Shown piece by piece: positions 1-10,300 of a stretch of DNA of 64,000 nt (within the stretch, counting starts at the first letter, position 1; the number at the start of each line of letters is the position of its first letter). The notes beneath the pieces were generated by a model. That model was not told the origin of the DNA. It made no database searches and saw nothing but the letters and a program-made list of their open reading frames with translations. The position numbers were made by a program, and so were the translations under genes. Source of the DNA: Lama guanicoe (Eukaryota); NCBI GenBank assembly GCA_013239625.1, contig MU054117.1, forward strand, positions 1-64,000, in the 5' to 3' direction.

Positions 1-395
1 ACCCTAACCCGAACCCGAACCCTAACCCGAACCCTAACCCGAAACCTAACCCGAACCCGAAACCTAACCCGAACCCGAACCCGAACCCGAACCCTAACCC
101 TAACCCGAACCCGAACCCTAACCCTAACCCTAACCNNNNNNNNNNNNNNNNNNNNNNNNNNNNNNNNNNNNNNNNNNNAACCCGAACCCTAACCCGAACC
201 CGAACCCTAACCCGAACGCGAACCCGAACCCTAACCCTAACCCGAACCCGAACCCGAAGCCGAACCCGAACCCGAACCCGAAGCCGAACCCGAACCCTAA
301 CCCTAACCTAACCCTAACCCTAACCCTAACCCGAACCCTAACCCCTAGCCCTAGCCCTAACCCTAACCCTAACCCTAGCCCTAGCCCTAAACCCA
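1..395 (+). repeat. Telomeric repeat array, C-rich strand: (CCCTAA)n heavily mixed with CCCGAA and, proximally, CCCTAG variants; contains a 43-bp N gap (136-178)
   Basis: Tandem hexamers read directly from base 1; C-strand on + is the orientation expected at the left end of a chromosome. Confidence 0.95.
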
Positions 396-532
396 AATCT
401 GAACCCCGAGCCCTAGCCCTGTATCGAACCTAAACTCAAACTGCAGACTTTGTCTGGAACCTCGAATCCTGTCCCCTAGCCCTAGCCCTAAGCCTTAGCC
501 CTAGGACTCAAGTCTAGCCCTAGCTCTAACCC
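396..532 (+). repeat. Degenerate telomere-like transition zone (CCCTAG/CCTAAG/CTCTAA remnants)
   Basis: Scattered CCCTAG-type hexamers decaying into unique sequence. Confidence 0.7.
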
Positions 533-539
533 TCTGGGA

Positions 540-800
540 ATGCTTCTCCATGCAGACTGCCCTCACTCTACCCCACTTTCTCGCCTTCAGCCTTTTCCCA
601 TGGCCCCATAATAGAAGCAACTTCACTTTCCTTTGAATTTCTATAGCACAGACTTTCATTATCTAATGTATTTTAATTAAAATCGCCCCCCTCATTAAAC
701 TGAAAACTCCTTTTGAGAGAAACTTTATTCATGATTGTGTCTGGCATACACCACCTCATGGAGAGCAGGTGATCAACACATATCTGTTAAATAAGTGAGT
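540..800 (+). mobile_element. Probable old L2 LINE 3' end remnant
   Basis: Ends in ...gcaggtgatcaacacatatctgttaaataagtgagt, resembling the L2 3' terminus; recognised by eye. Confidence 0.45.
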
Positions 801-850
801 CACAACTGCAAAGCACTTAAGTTTCATGTAATTGATACAGGTTCAAAAAT

Positions 851-856
851 TTTAAT
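851..856 (-). terminator. USP18: Likely USP18 polyadenylation signal (ATTAAA); alternative AATAAA at 724-729
   Basis: Minus strand ...catttctgtttATTAAAatttttgaacc, ~410 nt after the stop codon, at the end of a U-rich 3'UTR-like tract. Confidence 0.6.
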
Positions 857-1264
857 AAACAGAAATGATACACAGCCAGTACATACCAGTACAGTCATAG
901 TAGCTGTAAAATATTGGAAAACTTCCCTACCCTGCCCCTCGCCACCCCACTGCCTCCCACTCCCACTGCCGGCCTGGTTCTCTTCCCTGGGAGCCCCTGG
1001 ACCCCACGGAAGGAGCACTGCTTGGTACCAACCCAGCCACATGGCCAGGGTCTGCAGGCATCAGTACCCATTCTGACTGGTCCAGACCTGCACAGTGTCT
1101 CTGGTCAACGTTTTGATAACCACCACTGATTATAAATAAAGTTTAATTTAACACTTTGAGAATGGTGCCTTTTCTCACTGCAGAATCTCTTAAAAGAGTC
1201 TGCAGACCCAGGAACAGAAAAAGAAAACGATTCTGTAGGTCTTGGAAGATTTAGGGTACACCCA

Positions 1265-1310
1265 CTAGGACTCAGTCCTCATGTACACCAGAAGATACGC
1301 AGTTTCCCTC
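1265..1310 (-). CDS. USP18: USP18 last coding exon (RETAYLLVYMRTES*)
   Basis: ttctag acceptor; TAG at 1267-1265; 46 nt. Confidence 0.93.
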
Positions 1311-4300
1311 CTAGAAAGAAGAAAAGGCAACAGCATTACGGAAATGGAACATCCAGTTAATTAATTCATGACAGAACACCCATCAGAACACTGCCCAGGT
1401 TACTGGATCAAGTTTTCCTCTATCATCACTTCTGAGGGGACAGAACTGGTGACCTGGGAAAATAACTACTATTAAGCTGTTACTTGACATCTCAGTCACT
1501 CGATCAGGGGTTGATAAATTATGAGCTCATGAGCCAAATCCAATCCTGTTTCTGCAGATAAATCCAACTGGAACAAAGCCACACTCACTCCCGTGCGTGT
1601 GGGCTGTGGCTGCTTTTGTGCTGCAGAGGCAGCGCTGAGGAGCTGCAGCCGAGGCTGTGCATCTGCCAAAGACTGAAATATTTACTCCCCGGCCCTTTAC
1701 AAGAGAAGTTTGCCAAATCCTGATCAAATAATGGGGGGGGGGGCGGTCACTGACAACCAAAAGGTGACCCAGAGTGGCATCTAAGGGGCACACTGAGAAG
1801 AAAGAGGTGGGAAGCACAAGGTGGGGGGAGGGTTTCAAGCACAAATCCCACCTAACTCATTAGTTTCCAAATGACAGCCTACTTCTGCAGCTGGGGCCCT
1901 CTCACATGTCATGCCTGGTGTCTGTCACCCCCAACCCAGGAATTCAGCTGGAGAACTTACAAAGGCTCTACTTTAACTTTACCCAGCTTTTTCCTCTCCA
2001 GTTTCCCCCGCGTAGTTATCGATTTTTAACAATTTATTCATTGCAGTTTACTAAGTGCAAGCCACTGTTCCAGACAAAGGAGGGCAAGACTAGTCCCTGC
2101 CTCCAGAGAGCTGTGGTCTGATGTGAACGGACATTATGCGAGGGAGTGAGTACGAAGCAGTATGGCCCCCGCTCCAGGCACAATGAGAGCAGCTGAGAAG
2201 CCCAGCAGGTCCGCCTGGGGCTCAGGGCTCAGGGGAGGCTTCAAGGAGAAGCGGGCATGAAGGGAGGCCCTGAAGTTAGACAGGGAGTCTGCCCTGATGA
2301 TGAGCTGGGAGATGGCAACACAGGCCACGGACAGCACGGTGTCTGGTAGCCATTTATGCTCTAGGACTGCTGGCGACCAGACTGCGAGGAAAGCAGAGCG
2401 GGGTCACGGGTGCTGAAAGGTGAGGCTGAGAGGTTCTTCAGTGCGGAGCTACCCACACGTGAGAGGCAGCTGAATCTGTGTGCGTTTCATAGAGCAACAA
2501 GCTCCATGGGGCCCCACACCTCAGTCCTCCTCTCACCAGCGGTAGCTGTGGCTCCCATAGGTACACTGGACATCTTCCCAGGACACCTGCAAGGACACAG
2601 ACACATGGGGTGAAGCAGCCAGAGAGTAAGGCTGTGGCAAGCTGCCCCTCCACCATCCAAACCCACCCCAGAAACTCCCACAGCCTGGATCATCAGGTGG
2701 TAGGATGCCACATGCATGAAGTCTCTGTAGCACCCTTGTCCCCCTGTTTAAACTTGGTTATCTTAGCCTGAGGTTCTCACTCTCACATTTCTAACTCTTC
2801 TTGGTTTCCACACATTTCCCCAGAGTATGAGACTGTAAGCACTGAGCCTAGGGCACCAGAAACCCAGACAAAGGGCTAAGTGGACTCCAGCAGAGCTGTA
2901 ATCCAGATAGGGACCCTGTGCAGAAAGGGCTTTACACTCCACAAAAGGCCCCCCAGGAGAACAGGGCCACAGCGTGCCTTGAAGACCATCTCGTCCTGGG
3001 CCCAGAAATTATTAGAGAGGGAGAGTCCAGGGCAAGAGGCAACTGGGGCTGACGTTTCTCACCCAAGAAACATTGGAGTCGTTGAAGCAGAACCACTGTC
3101 CATCCACACGGTTCCGGACGTAGGCACAGTAGTGACCGAAGTCAGCTGTCCCCGTGTGTGCAATCACAGCGAAGAGTTCGTACTGCCCCCCACGCTGAAG
3201 GACACAAGGCACAGAGTGATCCCGGTCACCCTCCTCTGCTGACCACACCCAGGATTAGCAGACCCTGCTCACCACACATTCATGCACTTGGTGCCTCTGC
3301 GCCAGGCACCCCAGCTGCAAGGACCCCGAGACTCGCAGTCACACCAGAACTGGAACGCCATGTTTCAGACCAGCTGTGTTTGCAGGTAGGTTTGGGAAGA
3401 AACAACTCTGCCCCAGAAAGGAGAAGGAAAGCTCCCCAGAGCAGACACTTGGCGGCCGGGAGGCAGAAGGAGGCCGGCCGGCACCACGGGGTGGAGGCTG
3501 CAGTAGCGGGGCAGCGCCCCCAGGAGAGGAGGCGGGGGGTGCCGGTCAGTCACGACGTCCGACCCCAGGGGTCCAGTCTGGATCAGAGCTTTATCCCCAG
3601 CGCCGGAGACGTTGGAAGGTTTTCAGCAGAGGGGCAACGTCATCAGATTTGTGTTTGAGAAACACTGAAATAACGAGGTTTGAAAAACGCAAGAGAAGTG
3701 AGGGAACCACAGCCGCTGGAGGGAGACCTGGTAAGAGCCTGGGTGACACCAGCGGGAGCTGCCACTAAGCAGCACTGAGCATTGTTAGCACAATAATTAC
3801 TGGCTAACTTTCAGCACTCATTTAATACTCACAACAAACCTGTAAGCTGGGTGCCGGCATAGATCCGACACTGCAGAGGAGGAATCTGAGCTCAGGGAGG
3901 TAGAGCAATTTACCCAAGGGTCAGAGCTCACAGACAGAGGCGGCGGGGTTTCGCCCAGGCTCTCAACCCCTATACCGATGAGATGAGAGCAAAGGTGGAG
4001 ACGAGGGGGCAGATTTGTGGAAAATCAGGGAAATGTAATCAGGGACTTTGCAACCGATGCGTGTGGTGGGGGGGGCCAGTAGGAAGCACTGTAAGGATGA
4101 ACCCCAGGTTTTTGACTTGGAAACTAGGAAGACGTTGGTGCTACAGAGTGGCACTTAGAACAGAGGAGTTTGCGAATGAAGTAATTGTTCTGGGCGACAG
4201 CATTCAATAGGAGGCGGAGCTCAAGGGTGAGGCCTGAACAGAAGACAGGGGTTTGGAAGTCTGCAACGTGAGGAGATCACTGAAACCACAAGAACTGAGA

Positions 4301-7300
4301 CGACATTCAAAACGTGGGAAGAAAAATGCGACCAGCAATGGAGAAAGAGGCCCTGGGAGAGACCTGGAGCGGGCAGACCCGGAAGGGAGGATGATCAATA
4401 ACAGAACATCTCAAAGAGGCCAAGGAAGGGAAAGACCAGCAAGTGTCATTAGACTCGCCAGCGAGTCATCTCACGCCCTCAGGTCTCGGAGAGTCCACGT
4501 AAGAGGTAAATCCCTGTGGAGAGGAGACAGTGACGAGAGAGGGGGTTTTCACTGATTGGGAGCAGGGTCTCCATGTGAACATTATTTTTTCTCTCACCAC
4601 AGTCAAACAATGTCCCCACCCTGAGACCTTTAAACAGGATCGATTGGTGGGAGGGGTGCAAACGAAGCTGAATCACATGGGGACTTCGTGCTGGATTTTT
4701 TTTTTAACTGAATTATAGTTAGTTTACAATGTTGTGTCAAATTCCAGCATAGAGCACAATTTTTCAGTTATACATGAACATATATATATTCATTGTGTGC
4801 TGGTTTTTTAAAGTGCAGGAAAGCTCTAGGTCTAACTATCAGTTTACAAGAAACACAACAGACAGACAGACATGTCAAGTAAGACCAGCCTATTCTGGAT
4901 AAACATAAAAAAACCCTCAACCAAATAAATTTCAAGGAAAAGAAAGAAAGGAAACATCAAAGAAACTCAACCTAAAGAAGAAAGAAAGACGGGGTAGGAG
5001 ACAAACTTACCAAACGCAAGTGTGTATCTGGTGTGGGTCTAGATTCAAGCAAAGCAAGCAACTTACGGGACAGCCACGGAACTCTGAATGGCGACTGCGT
5101 GTTACATGATACTGAGGAATTACGAGACGGAACGGGCTACGTTTAGAAAGTGTGCTTATTCTTCAGAGAGACATCATGAAATCCCTACAAATGACACGTA
5201 TGGTGTCTGGGATTTGCTTCAAAACAACCCAAGCAGAGGGTGGGGTGCAGGTAAAGCAACACTGGCCGAGTGCCGACACCTGCTCAAGGGGGGTGGGCGT
5301 GGAGGCTCACCACACAGCTCCTCGCTGCTCTGGCACGTATTCAAAATCTGACCTAAGTCCTTTCAAGTGTCAGACATTAAGCTGTACTCCATCAGGTCGG
5401 CTGCCTGAGCAGAGACAAGGCGCTTAGAGGGAAGGAAACAACCCTGAGCAGGGTGTGTGCTCCGAACAGGGACAGAAACCACGTGGTAACAGGAGCCCCG
5501 CAGCACACCGTCAGGCCTCAGCCTCCAGAAGCTGTGCTTCCAGAGCATGGACAGCAAACAGGCCAGTGGAACAAAGCGGACAGCCCAAAGATGGGTCTCT
5601 ATGTATATGAAAATGCAGAATTTGAAGACGCAGCATTTTAAACCCATGGAGAAAAGCTATTTACGTCAATTCTTCTTAGAATCTCCCCGTAAGTTACTGG
5701 CCCAGGAACACTGAATCCACCTTAACTCCGAATACATCTGACCCGGTGTACTGGCTACTTTCTTACTCTCCTCAAGGTGAGCGTAAGCTGTTTCAGAAAG
5801 AACGGCTGGTGCGATGCTTAGAACCGAGGATGTGCTTACCTGTGTGTACAAAAGCACACACACTGTGTTCAAAAGGAAGGTCCTGATTCGTGAGTTCCCT
5901 CCCTCAGTGCTGTGAGGTAGGTGAGTGCAAATCCAACAACTAGAAATGAAATCTTGAATCTTAAAAGAGGTGCAACTACAAACTGCAAGTCGTGGCGGTG
6001 GTGACATGACGCTAACAGCCTGTCGCTGGTATTCGAGTTCACATCATTAAAATACTTGTTTAAAAAACAAGTGTTTCTCAAATGTATGAATATGTTTTGA
6101 TGAACCACACTGACCCGTTGGCAACTGGTCCCCCTCTGTGTGTCCTGAGCTTGGCCATCAGAGGACCAATGTCTGAGATGAGAGAGTGACTCCCAAAATG
6201 CATGCCTGGTTGAAGAATGTCAGGCAGCTCAGGGCAGGGGAGGTGGACAGAACAGACGGACATGGCGGCAGTGACAGGGTGGAAGGGAGGTGAAGGGCTC
6301 TCACCGGCTCCTCGGCAGCGCAGGGGTCCTCCTCCGTCTCGAGATGCTTCTTTAGGTCCAAGCTCTGGGGGAAATGCAGTGAGTGGCAGATTTTCTGTGT
6401 TTGCAGATTTCTGAGGCAGAACCGCATGAGGTGAATGGTCAAGGTCTGGGGGAGGTGGGTCAGCTTCAGGACCTGAAAACAGAAAAGATACCATGGAGAC
6501 AAAGTCTTACTGCACTTGAAAGAGGTTGATCCCGAGAAACACCAGGGCCAATGATATGTTCTCCTTCCCAAAGAGAAGGGAGCGGAAGGGAATAATACAG
6601 AGTGGAGGGCCTGTCTGCTGGGTCTTCCCAGAAGGCTCCAACAGTCCGGGGCTCTGCCCAGGACCCCAGGGGAACCACGGGGTCTGCTCCTGCAGAGGAG
6701 TCTGGCCCTGAGGGGACACTGTCCCCCTCTCCAAGGACACATCCATAGCCCTGGAAATCAGAAGCCCAAGGACCCCAGGTCCCAGCCCAACAGGATTCCC
6801 TCCCTCCACCGCACAAGGCGCCCCCAGGGGCTCCATGAAGACGTCCCCAGACCAGGGAAATGCCTGCTTCAGGAAGGAGTACCTGCTTCCAGCAGGTCTT
6901 CCTCCCACAGCTCTCACAGAAGCACTTGTCTTTGCTGGACAACTCCCTGGGCTGGAAGAAACAGAGAAGGGAGTCCTCCTGCCCCAGGAAAACAAGGGAA
7001 AGGAGGGTTACTTCCATCAGGGTTACTTCCATCAGGAGTACAACCTCTTGCCCTGCAAAAGGGGATGTAAACTTCCTTCTGGTTTCCCCACGTCCCCTTA
7101 ACGTGTGGCCCAGCACGGTGCACCTGCCAGGATCTCAAAAAGTACGTACTTACTGGAGGGAAAAAAGAGGGGCACTTGTCAGGGGAGCAGTGCAAGGATA
7201 AGGGGAAGTAGGAGGAGAAACAGTTTTTGCAGATCAAAGGAGAACTTAGCCAGAGCCGTGTAGGGGAAGTAGAAATGACTTTTTAAAGCCAAGGATGGAT

Positions 7301-10300
7301 TAAAGTGGCAAGGGGGCCACAGCAACATGGGGCTAGCTGCATTAGAACAGAAACCCCCCAAGAGGAGCCCTCACCAGTGTCTTCAGGGGCTTCAAGTCCA
7401 GGTCAAAAAGAGAAAGGGGGAGGGTCAGCATGCTGCTGTCCCTGCAACTCTCCACGGAGCACTCTAGGCAAACGAAGGACTCCTTCACGCGGATGGTGTA
7501 GAGGGCCTGCAGCCTCGCCACCTGCAAGAGGATGGGGAGGAGGGGTAAGGCTCCAAAAAAGTCGGCCAGTTTCCAGAAGCGGCAGCCACCCCTTGCTCTG
7601 CTCAAGGGTACAGAGTAATGACAGTGGCCACACTGGGAGCTGTGACCAGTATTTTAGGTGCATTTCCTCTTTTAATCCCGTCTGCATGCCACAAGGTCAA
7701 CAGCTGAGTGGGTCAGATACAGGCACAGCTCTTCACCACCCGAGCCCTCTCGTTCTAGGACTTACCAAGTCCACATCCGTGATCTGGTCCTTAATCAGGT
7801 TCCACACTGTGAGGTAGAGCTGGGCAGCATCATGCTGGACAAACACTGGCCAAAGAGGAAAGGATGCCCAGGGTGAGGTCCCAGGGACACTGCTCACTCT
7901 CTTGTGCCCCAGCTACCCACACATGGACACTCATCACACTGTCCTTCCCCCACTCTCAGGCCAAGTTTGCACTGGATGTTAGGTGATAAAAATGAAAATA
8001 AGCTTGGTATTGATTTTGAGAACTCCTCTTACAACTTAAAACCCAGTCTCCCCACGTCACGAAAGTTCTCTGTCCTCTGACTTGCCACCCACCCCTACTG
8101 GCCTCCTCTGGGGGCCCAGCCAGATAAAACCAATATTGGCAGAATGGATAAAATAGATGCCTCAGGCCCTTCTTGGTCCCTTCAAGATAGCAGCACAGAG
8201 GAGAAGCCTGCTGTGGAGCACGAGGAAACTGAGGCACAGAGAGGTAGCCACTTGCCCAAGGCCACACAGTTGGGTCATTGTATGCGCTGCCCCCTCTTCC
8301 CTGCTTTCTGAAATGGATACTGCTCCATAACCATTCAGCTTGACCTGGAAGTCTTAAATGCCCAGTGTCACCAGGAGCTGAGCAGAATCTCAACTCTTAC
8401 TGTGTTCCTTTTCCATAAGTGAGGTTTCAAGCATATTTTCCATTTTTGAAGGCTACTAGTAGGCATTGGTAGCTTTTTAGCCCTTATGTTGAAATTATGT
8501 GAATTAAAAAAAATCTTATAAAGAAGACACAAGGACATTTAAAGACATATCATGTTGATGTATTGCAAGATTCAACATGGTGAAGATATCAAATCTCCTC
8601 AAATTGATCTACAGATTCAATCAATTCCAATCAAAATCCCAGCAAGATTTTCTTGTGGGATACAGACAGGCTGGTCTTAACATTTATATGGAAAGGCAAA
8701 GGAACTAGAATAACAAGCATTTTCAAAACAGAATAAAGTTAGAGGCATCACACTAACCAATTTTATGATGTAGATTTTAAATATAGATTTATAAAGCTAT
8801 GGTAGTCAAGAGCATGGAGTTGGTGGAGGGATAAACAGAGAGATAAATGGAATAGAACAGAATCCAGAAATAGACACACGCAAGTATGGCAGGTTAATTT
8901 TTGACAAATGTGCAAAGGTATGTCAATGGAAAAAGAATCATCTTTCCAACAGACAGTACTAGAACAACTGGACGTCCATATCCAAAAAAAAAAATTGAGC
9001 TAAACCTCCTGCCTTATATAGAAATTAATTCAAAATGGATCACAGGTCTAAATGTAAAATGTCAAACTATAACACTTTTAGAAGAAAACAGATGATTTCT
9101 GGTCAAAATGGCAGAGTGGTAGGACCAGGAGCTCGCCTCTCCTCGCGACTACAACAAAACCACAACTGACTGCTAGACAACCACTGGAAAAAAAGACCGG
9201 AACCTAGCAAAGAAGACCTCCTTCAACTGGAGACATAAAGAGGGAACCACAGCAGGACGGCAGGAGGGGCGTGCTGAAGACATAATTGGGCCCCATACCT
9301 CCCGGGTGGGCGACCCACAAGCTGAACAAGAGAGGCCCTCCCACAGGAGTGAGAGCTCGAAGCCCCGCGTCAACCTCCCCAGCCCGGGTTCTGGCATTGG
9401 GAGGAGGAGGAGACCCCAGGACATCTGGTTCTGAAGGCCAAGGGGGCTTGGCTCTGGGAGCCTCATGGGACTGGGGGAAACGGAGACTCTATTCGCTTGA
9501 GAAGCGCACACGGAAACTCACGCGCACCAGGTCCAAGGCCAGAGGCAGTGATTGCATAGGAACCTGGGCCAGGCCCGCCTGCTGGATTTGGAGGATCTCC
9601 TGGGGATGTGGGGGACGGCTGCGCTCACAAACCAATAAACTTCTAAAAAATACAATATCTGTGAAGTGCAATAAAGTGAAGCACAATAAAAGAAAGTCTG
9701 CATTATGGAAAAAAGAACAAAACTGGAAAACTCACATTTTCAATATTAAAGCTTACTACAAAGCTTCAGTAATCAAGACAGTGTGGTACTGGCATAAGGA
9801 CAGACATGGAGATCAATGAAATAGAATTAGAATCCAGAAACATACACCTACATTTATGGTCAACTGGTTTTCCAGAGGAGTGTCAGAACAACTCAGTGGG
9901 AAAAGAATAATACTTTCAACAAATGGCACTGGAACAACTGGACGCCCACATGCAGAAGAACGAAACTGGACCCCATCTCACACCACTCACAAAAATGTAC
10001 TCAAGATGAAACACAGATCTAAACGTGAAAGCCAAAACTATAAAGCCTAGAAGAAAACAAGGGAGAATGGTGAGAGTGACTGCTAAGTGGCGGGGGCTCC
10101 CTTTGGGGAGTGACAAAAATCTGGTAAAATTAGATTGTGGCGATGACTGTGCAACTCTGTGAAATACTTAAAAAACCTCTGAATTGTATGTACATTTTTG
10201 AATGATTGAATTTTATAGTATGTGGCATATATCTCATTGAGGCTGTAAAAGAAATAAAAAACTTAAGCTGTTGAAGAGTTTTCTTGTGTAGAACATGGTT

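Noticed and set aside
130..396. Gly-Leu/Val-Arg/Gly-Phe dipeptide ORF
   Set aside because: Translation of telomeric hexamers across an N gap, with no ATG start
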